The notes under the pieces are model-generated. The model saw only the letters and a list, made by a program, of their open reading frames with translations, did not search any database and was not told the DNA's origin. The position numbers and the translations under genes are program-made. DNA of 59,365 nt from a virus (taxonomy: Duplodnaviria > Caudoviricetes), in IMG/VR virus record IMGVR_UViG_3300036778_000019, positions 1 through 59,365 of that record. One strand, written 5' to 3'. Below, one piece after another: positions 45,937-54,195 of the stretch (position 1 is the stretch's first letter; the number at the start of each line of letters is the position of its first letter).

Positions 45937-46449
45937 ATGCGAAGCCGCGCAATCAAGACGGGGCTGGAGGCAGTCTTTGACGAGCATACGCGCAGTGTCT
46001 ACTGGGCGATGGCGAGTCGCATCAAGCGCAAGCTGAAGGTCACGCTGCCGTTCTCCTACGCCGACTATCGCGAGTGGGTGCTCGATGCCTTCGGCGGCAA
46101 CTGGGACTCGGTGATCCAGTGCGCGTACTGCACTCGCCTGATGAACGTACAGACCTTCGTGACCGATCACCGTGAGCCGCTGAAGTTTGGCGGCGCGATC
46201 TCGCTCGACAATCTTGTGCTCTGCTGCGAGGAGTGCAACTGCGCTAAAGGCTCGATGAGTGAGGATGGATTCCGGCTGCTGATCCAGTTCTCGGTCGAGT
46301 ATTTGAGTCCGCAGGATGCGAACGATATGTTGGGCCGGATGAAGAACGGATCGGCCTATCTGCGGCTGCGTGCCAGCATGAACGGGCGGCACGAAAAACA
46401 GTTTGGAATACTAACAAACTCCTTGTCTGACCTCCAAAGAGTGAGTTAA
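45937..46449 (+). CDS. HNH endonuclease
   Basis: CAYC...DHREPL..GG...LDNLVLCCEECN..KG; TAAACT-N6-ATG. Confidence 0.92.
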   Translation: MRSRAIKTGLEAVFDEHTRSVYWAMASRIKRKLKVTLPFSYADYREWVLDAFGGNWDSVIQCAYCTRLMNVQTFVTDHREPLKFGGAISLDNLVLCCEECNCAKGSMSEDGFRLLIQFSVEYLSPQDANDMLGRMKNGSAYLRLRASMNGRHEKQFGILTNSLSDLQRVS

Positions 46450-46596
46450 AATCGCTGTTGAGAGAATGACTTATGTTTTGCCCTGCCTGCGGCAAAGAGG
46501 ATCGAAGCGTCAGCTATTCGCTGGTCGCCCGCCTCATCCACTGCGTGGAGTGCGGAGCGGTCAATCTTATCCTGTACCGAACCAAGGAGAGCCGCG

Positions 46597-47094
46597 ATGC
46601 AGATATTCGAAAGCGAAGGAACGATCACCGGGACGCTGCGCGATTGGAGACCGAAGTGCAACACGGAGATGGAGCGAAGGGTCCGGTTGGACTTCGAGAT
46701 CCCTTTGACCGAAGACCTGATCGACGCTCTGCCTGATGCGCTCCGCAAGACGGCCAACGCAATCGGCAATCTGGAAGACGGTTTGACCGAGGGAACGATC
46801 TCGACCTCGTACTCGCAGACGCTTGAGATTTACGATCTGCCGGAGAACAACAATCCGCGCATCTCGATCCCGAACGCGCTTCTGGTTGGCATGCATATCT
46901 TCAGGCCGACGCCGAAGGCTGGACCATCCGATGATCTCTTTCTCGTCTTCCGCACTACGGTTCGCGCCGAAGGAAATTTCGGTGATGATCTGGTCACGTG
47001 GGCGCTGCGTAATCTGCGCGGCACGATCTTCTTCAAAGCCTACGAGGCGCAGCGCGAGTTGCCACTCGAATCTGTAACCAGTTCGGCAGCATAA
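46597..47094 (+). CDS. Hypothetical protein
   Basis: AAGGAG RBS. Confidence 0.75.
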   Translation: MQIFESEGTITGTLRDWRPKCNTEMERRVRLDFEIPLTEDLIDALPDALRKTANAIGNLEDGLTEGTISTSYSQTLEIYDLPENNNPRISIPNALLVGMHIFRPTPKAGPSDDLFLVFRTTVRAEGNFGDDLVTWALRNLRGTIFFKAYEAQRELPLESVTSSAA

Positions 47095-47220
47095 AAACGC
47101 TCCACAGGCCGTTTTAGGCTATACTGCGCAAATTCTCGTTTTCATCCTGCCGTAATTTGCAGGGGGAAATTTATCGGTCGAATATCAAATTTCAGAGATC
47201 ACCGAAAGGAATAAGGCGCA

Positions 47221-47478
47221 ATGACTATGTTGACCGTAGTTGGCCAAACGCATGATGAGAGTCTGTACGTAACCAGCAAACCCAAAGAGATTTTTCAGAT
47301 TTTTCAGGAGTTCTCTGATCAATCTAAAATCATTGCAGACGAGATCATTCACACGAGCGGTCTCCCCAAGGTCGTCGGCGCAGCGATGAGACTTAGGGCC
47401 AAAGCAGAGCAGGCAGACCGGGACGCAGCCCGGGCGATGGAGTTAGAGCCAGATATGGCCTTCGACTCCGTTTTATAA
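47221..47478 (+). CDS. Hypothetical protein
   Basis: AAGG RBS; TATACT upstream. Confidence 0.65.
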   Translation: MTMLTVVGQTHDESLYVTSKPKEIFQIFQEFSDQSKIIADEIIHTSGLPKVVGAAMRLRAKAEQADRDAARAMELEPDMAFDSVL

Positions 47479-47497
47479 ACCAACTACAGGAGAGAGC

Positions 47498-47935
47498 ATG
47501 AGCAAGGGCATCAACAAGGCATCACTACTAGGACATTTGGGCAAAGACCCTGAGATTCGGGCGACGCAGGGTGGCACGATCATTGCAACGTTCTCGCTGG
47601 CTACGAGCGATCGGAGAAAAGATCAGCACGGCGACTGGCAGGATACGACGGAGTGGCACAATCTGGTGGCGTTCAATCGCACCGCTGAAATTTGCAGGGA
47701 TTACCTCTCAAAAGGCTCTCAGGTCTATGTTGAAGGCAAGATCCAGACGCGCTCATGGGAAGATGACGCGACGGGCGTGAAGAAGTATCGCACTGAAATT
47801 CTGGTAAACGAGCTGATCATGCTTGGTGGAGCAAAGGACGGAGAGAATGGCCGTCAGTCGGCTCACGCGCAAGAGCGTTCGGTCACGCCGAATGCCCACG
47901 GAGTCGATATCGACGATGATGACATACCCTTTTAG
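47498..47935 (+). CDS. ssb: Single-stranded DNA-binding protein
   Basis: NK..L.G.LGKDPE...FSLAT...TEWH...KGSQVYVEGKIQTRSW...DDDIPF. Confidence 0.98.
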   Translation: MSKGINKASLLGHLGKDPEIRATQGGTIIATFSLATSDRRKDQHGDWQDTTEWHNLVAFNRTAEICRDYLSKGSQVYVEGKIQTRSWEDDATGVKKYRTEILVNELIMLGGAKDGENGRQSAHAQERSVTPNAHGVDIDDDDIPF

Positions 47936-48151
47936 CGTCGGGTAAATTCAACCGCTAACACGTTTTAGGCTGATTTTCCACTGGTGACCTGTTCCTGAGA
48001 AGGTACTACCTGTGGCATTATGAGCCTACGTGTATACATCCATCAGTGTATATTTCTTGTCTACAGTTTGTTAGCAAACTGGCTTGTAATACTTGGTCGT
48101 CGATTTTCCCGAAGGTCTGAGTCAGAACGCAGAGAGGAGCACACACCGACG

Positions 48152-48502
48152 ATGGTAGCGACTACGGAGAGCAAGGTGGCTGATTTCAGTCAGCCGATTG
48201 AAGCAAATTTTATTGTTGCGCTGAAAGCTCGTAATGGAAAGTTTTGCCTGTACGTTGAAGCCTTTACGCGACACAACGGAAAGGATTATCTCAAGCACAC
48301 GACGAAGATCGAGGAGGCGAAGAGGTTTGCACGGTTTACTGCTGAGGATGTAGTCGAGCGAGTGAAAGAGTATCGTTGTACCGGACGTGTAGAGAAGGTC
48401 TCCGGCGACAATGTTCGGCACGAACCAGTAGATGCGGCCTTGGAGTCTATCGGAAACATCAACAGCTTCTTCGGTGCAAAGACGGCGGGTACGCGCCGAT
48501 AA
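48152..48502 (+). CDS. Hypothetical protein
   Basis: GAGGAG upstream of ATG 48152; track start 48020 probably too early. Confidence 0.65.
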   Translation: MVATTESKVADFSQPIEANFIVALKARNGKFCLYVEAFTRHNGKDYLKHTTKIEEAKRFARFTAEDVVERVKEYRCTGRVEKVSGDNVRHEPVDAALESIGNINSFFGAKTAGTRR

Positions 48503-48509
48503 GGTGACT

Positions 48510-48764
48510 ATGGACCAGCAGGAGATGCGTCAGGCGGCAGAGTTGTTCGTCCGAGAGGGGCAGGAGCGTTACGCGAAGATTTCGGATATGTTCGAGAAGA
48601 ATCCTCGCGGCCTCCTGCAACTGCTCTACGTCATCCATAGCTTCAGGGAACGCATCCCCGGCCTGTATCGTCACGTCGATCACATTGCCGAACTGACCAG
48701 TGCGTGGATCCAAGCCGGATGCCCTGACGACACTGAGGCGTTTCTGAGGACGCTATCGAAGTAA
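48510..48764 (+). CDS. Hypothetical protein (possible paralog of 3923-4210)
   Basis: AAGGTG RBS. Confidence 0.7.
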   Translation: MDQQEMRQAAELFVREGQERYAKISDMFEKNPRGLLQLLYVIHSFRERIPGLYRHVDHIAELTSAWIQAGCPDDTEAFLRTLSK

Positions 48765-48775
48765 AGGAGTCTGAA

Positions 48776-49030
48776 TTGGTCAAGCGCAAGGTGACCAGCG
48801 TACGGAGCTACCTTCTTGGCTTTGCCGTTCACCTGATCAAGCAGGAGGAGACGGAGCCTCGTGCGGCCTACCACCTGAGCATGGAACTCTCCCGCAATGA
48901 AGCGATGACGCTGTCTGCGATCCTGAGTAATGGGCTGGGCGAAGATGTCGAGGGAATTGCGCTGGGGGTGGAGCGGGCCAAGCTGATCGAGCGCATGATC
49001 GACGCTACGCGGCAAGTCGAATCGAAATGA
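48776..49030 (+). CDS. Hypothetical protein
   Basis: AAGGAG RBS, TTG start. Confidence 0.65.
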   Translation: MVKRKVTSVRSYLLGFAVHLIKQEETEPRAAYHLSMELSRNEAMTLSAILSNGLGEDVEGIALGVERAKLIERMIDATRQVESK

Positions 49031-49246
49031 GTAAAATCACACATTACGAGCCGCTGGCCGATCACCCAAACTCACACATTACTTATCAAGCCACAACGAC
49101 GTCATGGCCTTCGAATGTCACCTGTAAGCTCTGCCTGCGGATCATGTCGAAGATGACGCTAGGATTGCTGAAGGGCGATTCGGGGTGTATTACTCCACCT
49201 TGGACCGACAGCGACGGCTCCTAGACGAAGCCACAGCGACTGGCGG

Positions 49247-49585
49247 CTACTTGGCAGAGCAGGGGAAGGCGTCAACGAGAGCCTTCGTCACTAGTGGACC
49301 GCTGCCACTCTCGCGCATCACTTCCGGATGGGTCTCGGAATACTTCAGGACGGCGTTGACCATCTGTTCGAGGGTGACGTTGGCGGGGAAGCAGATGGGA
49401 AATTTCTCCTGCGTCATGTACTCTTGGCCGTCGACGACTCCGGCGACGTAGGCGAGACAAAACTGGGCGTTCTGCGTCTTGCCCTGAACGAAGCGAACTT
49501 CTTTACAGGCGGCGACGAGTGCGGCGGGTTTTGGTCCCACATTGTGGAGACCAGCGAAGGTAGAGAGAGCGAGAAGAAGAAGCAT
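49247..49585 (-). CDS. Rap1a/Tai-family immunity protein
   Basis: Signal peptide; L..AC...CLAYVAGVVD...IC.P..VT..Q....V.KY...HPE...AL..AFPC. Confidence 0.85.
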   Translation of the reverse strand: MLLLLALSTFAGLHNVGPKPAALVAACKEVRFVQGKTQNAQFCLAYVAGVVDGQEYMTQEKFPICFPANVTLEQMVNAVLKYSETHPEVMRESGSGPLVTKALVDAFPCSAK

Positions 49586-49650
49586 TGGAAGACCTCGTGA
49601 TTGCTTATACTATGCTAATATGCTGACGATCATGAGTGGCGAGGATTTGA

Positions 49651-50241
49651 ATGGTTGAAGCTTTCCCGTTGGCGTGGCCGCAGGGCCGGGTTCGCAGCCT
49701 GCGCCAGATCTCGTCTCGATTCGATACCAGTACGACCAAAGCCCTATTGCTGCTCAACGGTGAGGTCTACCGTCTCGGTGGCCGATATCTGGTGATCTCC
49801 TCCAACGTGCCGCTGAAGGCTGACGGCACGATGCGCTCAGACCGTGAGCCAGTCGATCCCGGAGTGGCTGTGTACTTCCAGCGCGAGGAGAAGCCCTACG
49901 TCTTCGCCTGCGACAAGTTCGATCTGGTGCGGGACAACCTTCTGGCCATCGCCAAGACCATCGAGGCGATGCGCGGCATCGAGCGGTGGGGAACTTCGGA
50001 GATGATGGAGCGGGCGTTCTCTGGCTTCAAGGGCTTGCCGGAGACGGCCTCTGAGGGGGAAGATTGCTGGAAGGTTCTGGATATCCCACCGATGAGCGCA
50101 CAGCATCTGGTAACGCTGGTGCATCGGGATCTGGTGCGGAAGCTCCACGCGACGGGCGCGTCGAGTGAGGACTTTGCGAGAGTGAATGTAGCGAGAGATG
50201 ATGCCCTGCGGGCGTTGAAGGCGGCATCAGATGGTCAATGA
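49651..50241 (+). CDS. Phage protein with degenerate C-terminal J-domain
   Basis: PLAWP.G...DPGVAVYF...ACD....DN..AI..TIEA.RGIERWG; HPD replaced. Confidence 0.85.
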   Translation: MVEAFPLAWPQGRVRSLRQISSRFDTSTTKALLLLNGEVYRLGGRYLVISSNVPLKADGTMRSDREPVDPGVAVYFQREEKPYVFACDKFDLVRDNLLAIAKTIEAMRGIERWGTSEMMERAFSGFKGLPETASEGEDCWKVLDIPPMSAQHLVTLVHRDLVRKLHATGASSEDFARVNVARDDALRALKAASDGQ

Positions 50242-50473
50242 GATTGGCAGGGAACTGAAGGCGAACGAGTTGAAGGTGAAGACGATTGTGGTGCTGTCTA
50301 AGGTAGGACGGCCATCGGCTACGTATTGGGTCTCTGGCATAGGTCAGGACTACGTGATGTTCTACGCCGGGCTGCTGAATATGACCCTGATTGCTTATCT
50401 GCGCGAGGATGGTACGCTGGCCGATGATAGCGGCATCCAGCTACATGTCTATGAATATCTGGGAGAAGTGTAA
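50231..50473 (+). CDS. Hypothetical protein
   Basis: Operon coupling. Confidence 0.6.
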   Translation: MVNEIGRELKANELKVKTIVVLSKVGRPSATYWVSGIGQDYVMFYAGLLNMTLIAYLREDGTLADDSGIQLHVYEYLGEV

Positions 50474-50781
50474 TGAGACAGCCAGTGAAGATGGTCGATA
50501 TTCAGGTTCCGGAGAGCTTCTGTCCACACTGCTTCTGTGTGCACGATACTGTGACCAACAGCAGCGGAGGATCGGCGCCAGAGCCGGGTGATCATACGCT
50601 CTGCATTCGCTGCGCCGGGGTGATGCGCTTCGATGGGGATATGCAATTAGTTGCTGCCCGGTGGGATGATATCCCCGTCGCATACCGATCTAAGTTTGCG
50701 GCGATCAAGATGGCTATCGAGGAGTGTCGAAGCGCGTGGAATCGAAGGCCGGGTGCAACGCCGTGGTGTAGCGGAGAGTGA
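50473..50781 (+). CDS. Hypothetical zinc-binding protein
   Basis: CPHC...P.PGD..LC..C. Confidence 0.7.
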   Translation: MRQPVKMVDIQVPESFCPHCFCVHDTVTNSSGGSAPEPGDHTLCIRCAGVMRFDGDMQLVAARWDDIPVAYRSKFAAIKMAIEECRSAWNRRPGATPWCSGE

Positions 50782-51188
50782 ACAATGGGAACGTGGACGA
50801 AATACGAAGAACAAAGATACTTCAACGCGATAGCCTGTAAGGAGCGGCGTGACCGTCATCGCCGCATGATCGCCGTCACCTCTATCGTCTTCGGAATCGC
50901 GGCTGGCCTCGGCCTGCTGCTTCAGGCTCTGCTCCGGCAATGAACCTCTGCTGTCCACACTCGGAGAGCGAACACTGTAAGGGCGGTGTGATCCACTCTG
51001 GCTCTAAGTCGCACTCGCGCTGGGTCAGATGTGTCAGCCGTCACTGTGAAGCACCGCTATGCTGCTGTACTTCGTTCAGGGAAGCCCGCAAGGTTCCCGG
51101 TAGGGCTTTACCCATAGAATTTCTGCGCGACGCTACAGGGGCCATCCCTGCGGCACTCTACAATCCATTCTCGGTCAGGGAGGGGTAA

Positions 51189-51518
51189 TTGAGCGGACTC
51201 GTCTTAGCGAAGCATGTGAAGTGGAAAGAGATTCGCTGCCCGGTTCCCTACTGCCGCGCCTACCGCTGGGGCTATGTCACCGTGTTCGTAGGCGAAGAAC
51301 CAAATGTCGGATGGCATCTCTCGATAGCGGTTCCGCACCGCAATCCGTCATGGGAAGAGATCAGGCAGGCCCGCTACGATCTGGTGCCGGACGAGGTAAC
51401 GATGGCGATGCTGCTCCCGCCGCGTGAGGAGTACATGAACATCCACAAATTCTGCTTTCACCTGTATCAGGTTCCCGGCGATGGTGAGTCGAAAGCCATC
51501 ATCGGAATCGGGGGATAG
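51189..51518 (+). CDS. Hypothetical phage protein (WHLSI....R.PSW.E...P.EEY.N.H..CFHL type)
   Basis: Motif; GGAGG RBS, TTG start. Confidence 0.8.
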   Translation: MSGLVLAKHVKWKEIRCPVPYCRAYRWGYVTVFVGEEPNVGWHLSIAVPHRNPSWEEIRQARYDLVPDEVTMAMLLPPREEYMNIHKFCFHLYQVPGDGESKAIIGIGG

Positions 51519-51519
51519 G

Positions 51520-51540
51520 ATTTTCCGGTAACCGGAAAAT
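51520..51540. promoter_or_regulatory. 21-bp palindrome, copy 7
   Basis: ATTTTCCGGTAACCGGAAAAT over the expected -35 of TACCCT(51548-53)-N6-ATG. Confidence 0.85.
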
Positions 51541-51559
51541 TGCACTCTACCCTCGGTTC

Positions 51560-52186
51560 ATGGCAAAATCAAACCCCACGATGGCTACACTTCCTCAAGC
51601 CGAGCTGGTCGCCTTATACCCTTGGGAACGCCAAGATAGCGAGTCAGACCGCTCGTTCGAGGCGTTTGAAGAGTATCGCAAGATGGGTCTGGCGCGAAGT
51701 TTAGTCAAGGTAGCAGAGAAGTTGAGGAAGTCAGAAGCTCTGATCAACCGCTGGGCGGCGCGGGACCAGTGGAGGATGCGCGTCGTCGCTTTTGACCGCC
51801 ACGAGGCTCGGCTCACCAACGAGCGTATCGTCCTCGGTACTGCCGGGATGCGTGAGCGCATGACGATGCTAGCCATGCAGATGCAGTCGAGGGCACAGAA
51901 CCGCATCCTGAAGATGACGGAATCGGAGATCGCCAAGATGCGGCCTATCGACGTCGTGGCTCTCATGCGCGTCGCCGCCGATATCGAGCGCAAGGCGCGT
52001 GAGATTCCGGAGGACGAGATGGGTTCGGTCCTGCCTGAGTTCGTACCACGCTTCGAGATACAGGTGATCAGGCCGGGCAAGAAGATGGTCGGCGTCCAGA
52101 TGGGTGACGGCCGCTACGGGTATATTCCGGAGGAGCAGGTCGAGCGGTTCCGGCGGGACAATCCCGATGCGGTGGTGATCGCATAG
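51560..52186 (+). CDS. terS: Putative terminase small subunit
   Basis: PWERQ..ES...FEAF..Y..MG..RSL.KVA.......I.RW....W..R; upstream of TerL. Confidence 0.75.
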   Translation: MAKSNPTMATLPQAELVALYPWERQDSESDRSFEAFEEYRKMGLARSLVKVAEKLRKSEALINRWAARDQWRMRVVAFDRHEARLTNERIVLGTAGMRERMTMLAMQMQSRAQNRILKMTESEIAKMRPIDVVALMRVAADIERKAREIPEDEMGSVLPEFVPRFEIQVIRPGKKMVGVQMGDGRYGYIPEEQVERFRRDNPDAVVIA

Positions 52187-52207
52187 AGCTTTTGTGGAGG
52201 GTAGGCG

Positions 52208-53038
52208 ATGAGCGAAGTGTTGACCGAGTTGAAGATACATCCTGCGGCAGATCTGTTTCCTATGATGGCACCGGATGAGCTGGCCGAGCTGGCGTCCGAT
52301 ATTGCCGAGAACGGACAGCAGGAGCCGATCATCGTAGATGGCGACATTCTGATCGATGGTCGCAATCGCCTCGCAGCCTGCAAGCTGGTTGGTATCGAAC
52401 CCTTCTTCGCTGATCTTCCGCGTGGTCGTGATCCGCTGGGCTACATCGCATCTGCGAATCTGATGCGCCGGAACCTGACTAAAGGACAGCAAGCGATGGC
52501 GATGGCCATGATCTATCCAGAGCCAGAAAAAGGTGGGCGGGGAAAGAAAAAAAAGGTGGAACAAAGTTCTACCCTTTTCAGCGAAAAACGGTTACAGCAA
52601 GCTCGCACTGTTCTCCATCACTCTCGCTCGCTAGCCGAGTCCGTAATTAAGGGAATTATGCCTCTCAACGACGCACTGGAAACGGTGAAGAAGGAACAGG
52701 AATTTCAGCAGTCTGACGAGGAGAAGCTCACTCGCTTGCTTCAGTCCGCACCCGATCTCGCGGAGCAGGTAGGCGAAGAACGCCTGAAGATCGATGAAGC
52801 GATTGCCGCCTTGAAGGTGCGAGAGCAGGAGTTGCGGCGTATTGCAGAGGATGGTCAGCGTGCAGCGCAGGAGATCGTCAGGAGTTTCCCCGCTAACGTC
52901 TCCGCTATCGTCTCAGCCGTTGGCATTGGAGAGAAGAACCTTCTTTCAGCAGAGCACTTGGAACATATTCGGGCCAGCTACGACCTGTTAGTCCAATACA
53001 TGTCAGGAGGGAAAGGCGATGGCGAAGAAGAAGGATGA
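52208..53038 (+). CDS. ParB/Srx-like N-terminal domain protein
   Basis: HPAADLFPMM...L..DI..NG..EPI....IDGRNR..AC...SANL.RRNLT..Q. Confidence 0.9.
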   Translation: MSEVLTELKIHPAADLFPMMAPDELAELASDIAENGQQEPIIVDGDILIDGRNRLAACKLVGIEPFFADLPRGRDPLGYIASANLMRRNLTKGQQAMAMAMIYPEPEKGGRGKKKKVEQSSTLFSEKRLQQARTVLHHSRSLAESVIKGIMPLNDALETVKKEQEFQQSDEEKLTRLLQSAPDLAEQVGEERLKIDEAIAALKVREQELRRIAEDGQRAAQEIVRSFPANVSAIVSAVGIGEKNLLSAEHLEHIRASYDLLVQYMSGGKGDGEEEG

Positions 53039-53618
53039 TATTAGCTTTGGCAACAAGACGGGGCGGGAGTTGTTCGAAATAGCGCAAGCAGAGGTTCCGT
53101 ACGAGGCGAATGGAAGCAAGAACAGCAAGGCCATACTCCGAGTATTAGCCAGCCTTGTCACTGTAAGCCTGCCCGCCGCGCAATACCAACTTGCAAAGAA
53201 AATCTTAAAGCGATGCCAGAAAGATGTGTCTTTGGGCGAAGAGGCTCAGATGAGCCTTGTTTTCGAGGATCTGGATCACCCGCTCCCCTACAATTCCGGG
53301 CGTATTTATATCGCTAATGATGGAACCTGCATGCCTGCCGAAACGGCCACCCTGCGCTACATTTCGGACGAGGCAGAACGAAAGAGAACTAAAGCCAAGG
53401 AGTCAGTAAAAGCTTCTAAGGTTAGCGATAAAGTCGAATCGAAGTTTTCTGTGTGGACGAGATCGATACAGAAAAAAGATCCAAATGCCAACGTTGGCTT
53501 CGGTCGGTTTATCCGCGAAACAGGAGTTCTGAAGTTTTCTCCGCCTACTCTACCCCCTCGCAAGGGTCCCGGGTCTATCCCATCGGGAGCTTCAGATACG
53601 CAGAGTGACGCAGGCTAG
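53019..53618 (+). CDS. Hypothetical protein (more AT-rich)
   Basis: Overlaps ParB gene end; GGAGG RBS. Confidence 0.75.
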   Translation: MAKKKDDISFGNKTGRELFEIAQAEVPYEANGSKNSKAILRVLASLVTVSLPAAQYQLAKKILKRCQKDVSLGEEAQMSLVFEDLDHPLPYNSGRIYIANDGTCMPAETATLRYISDEAERKRTKAKESVKASKVSDKVESKFSVWTRSIQKKDPNANVGFGRFIRETGVLKFSPPTLPPRKGPGSIPSGASDTQSDAG

Positions 53619-53898
53619 GCGCATGGGATCGACAGCTGTTGTCAGTGAGAAGCGCAGCGAACGCGGCAACTGGCTGGTCGTGACCTACATCAACGGTCAG
53701 ATCTTCTGGTGTCGATGGGTACAGACGTGGGCAGGCGTCCAGATGTCGAAGCGCAGGGCGCAGCAGACGGTAGACGCCTACGGCTTACTGAAGCGCAAGG
53801 GTCGCGTCATCGTCATGGATATCGAACGTATGGCCGACTTTGCGGTGACTGAAGGTGCGAACGAAATTCACGATCTTTATCGGCTTTTCGAGAAGTGA
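53605..53898 (+). CDS. Hypothetical protein
   Basis: Operon position; start uncertain. Confidence 0.55.
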   Translation: MTQARRMGSTAVVSEKRSERGNWLVVTYINGQIFWCRWVQTWAGVQMSKRRAQQTVDAYGLLKRKGRVIVMDIERMADFAVTEGANEIHDLYRLFEK

Positions 53899-53911
53899 AA
53901 CGGGGGAACGG

Positions 53912-54190
53912 ATGCGCGATCTGTTTGACAATAGGAGAGCTACGGCGGTGCTCTTGGCCGATGGCTGGCATGAGATCGAAGACGGGACGCTCGAAGGCGT
54001 CAACTACGAGTTCAGCATGACGCAGGACAGCGTACCCCACGCTGGCATCCGCTGGCGGGAGCTTGATGAAGCCGGAGTGCGGTTCGCCATGTTCGCGCCC
54101 CTCGGGCAGGTGCTGGCCATCTCTGGCGGCTGGCCGGAGCACGATGAGGAGCACGAAGCCACGCCACGCAGCGAAGCGGTCCACGCCTAG
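53912..54190 (+). CDS. Hypothetical protein (AVLLADGWH motif)
   Basis: GGGGG RBS before ATG 53912. Confidence 0.65.
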   Translation: MRDLFDNRRATAVLLADGWHEIEDGTLEGVNYEFSMTQDSVPHAGIRWRELDEAGVRFAMFAPLGQVLAISGGWPEHDEEHEATPRSEAVHA

Positions 54191-54195
54191 ATGCG

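Noticed and set aside
45576-46449. IscB/HEARO, TIGR-Tas, tRNA, tmRNA, RNase P, SRP or group I/II intron assignment
   Set aside because: The protein lacks RuvC, PLMP and Nop features. The RNA lacks tandem repeat units, cloverleaf/T-arm, GAGGAAAGTCC and recognisable intron core motifs, and it does not interrupt a gene. Judged by eye; a covariance search is needed.
32223-47495. Repeated CAGGAGAGAAAC-like strings as a novel repeat
   Set aside because: They sit just before start codons and are explained as Shine-Dalgarno sequences.
12666-51540. 21-bp palindromes as a CRISPR array
   Set aside because: Copies are kilobases apart with genes between them; no spacer-length periodicity and no cas genes.
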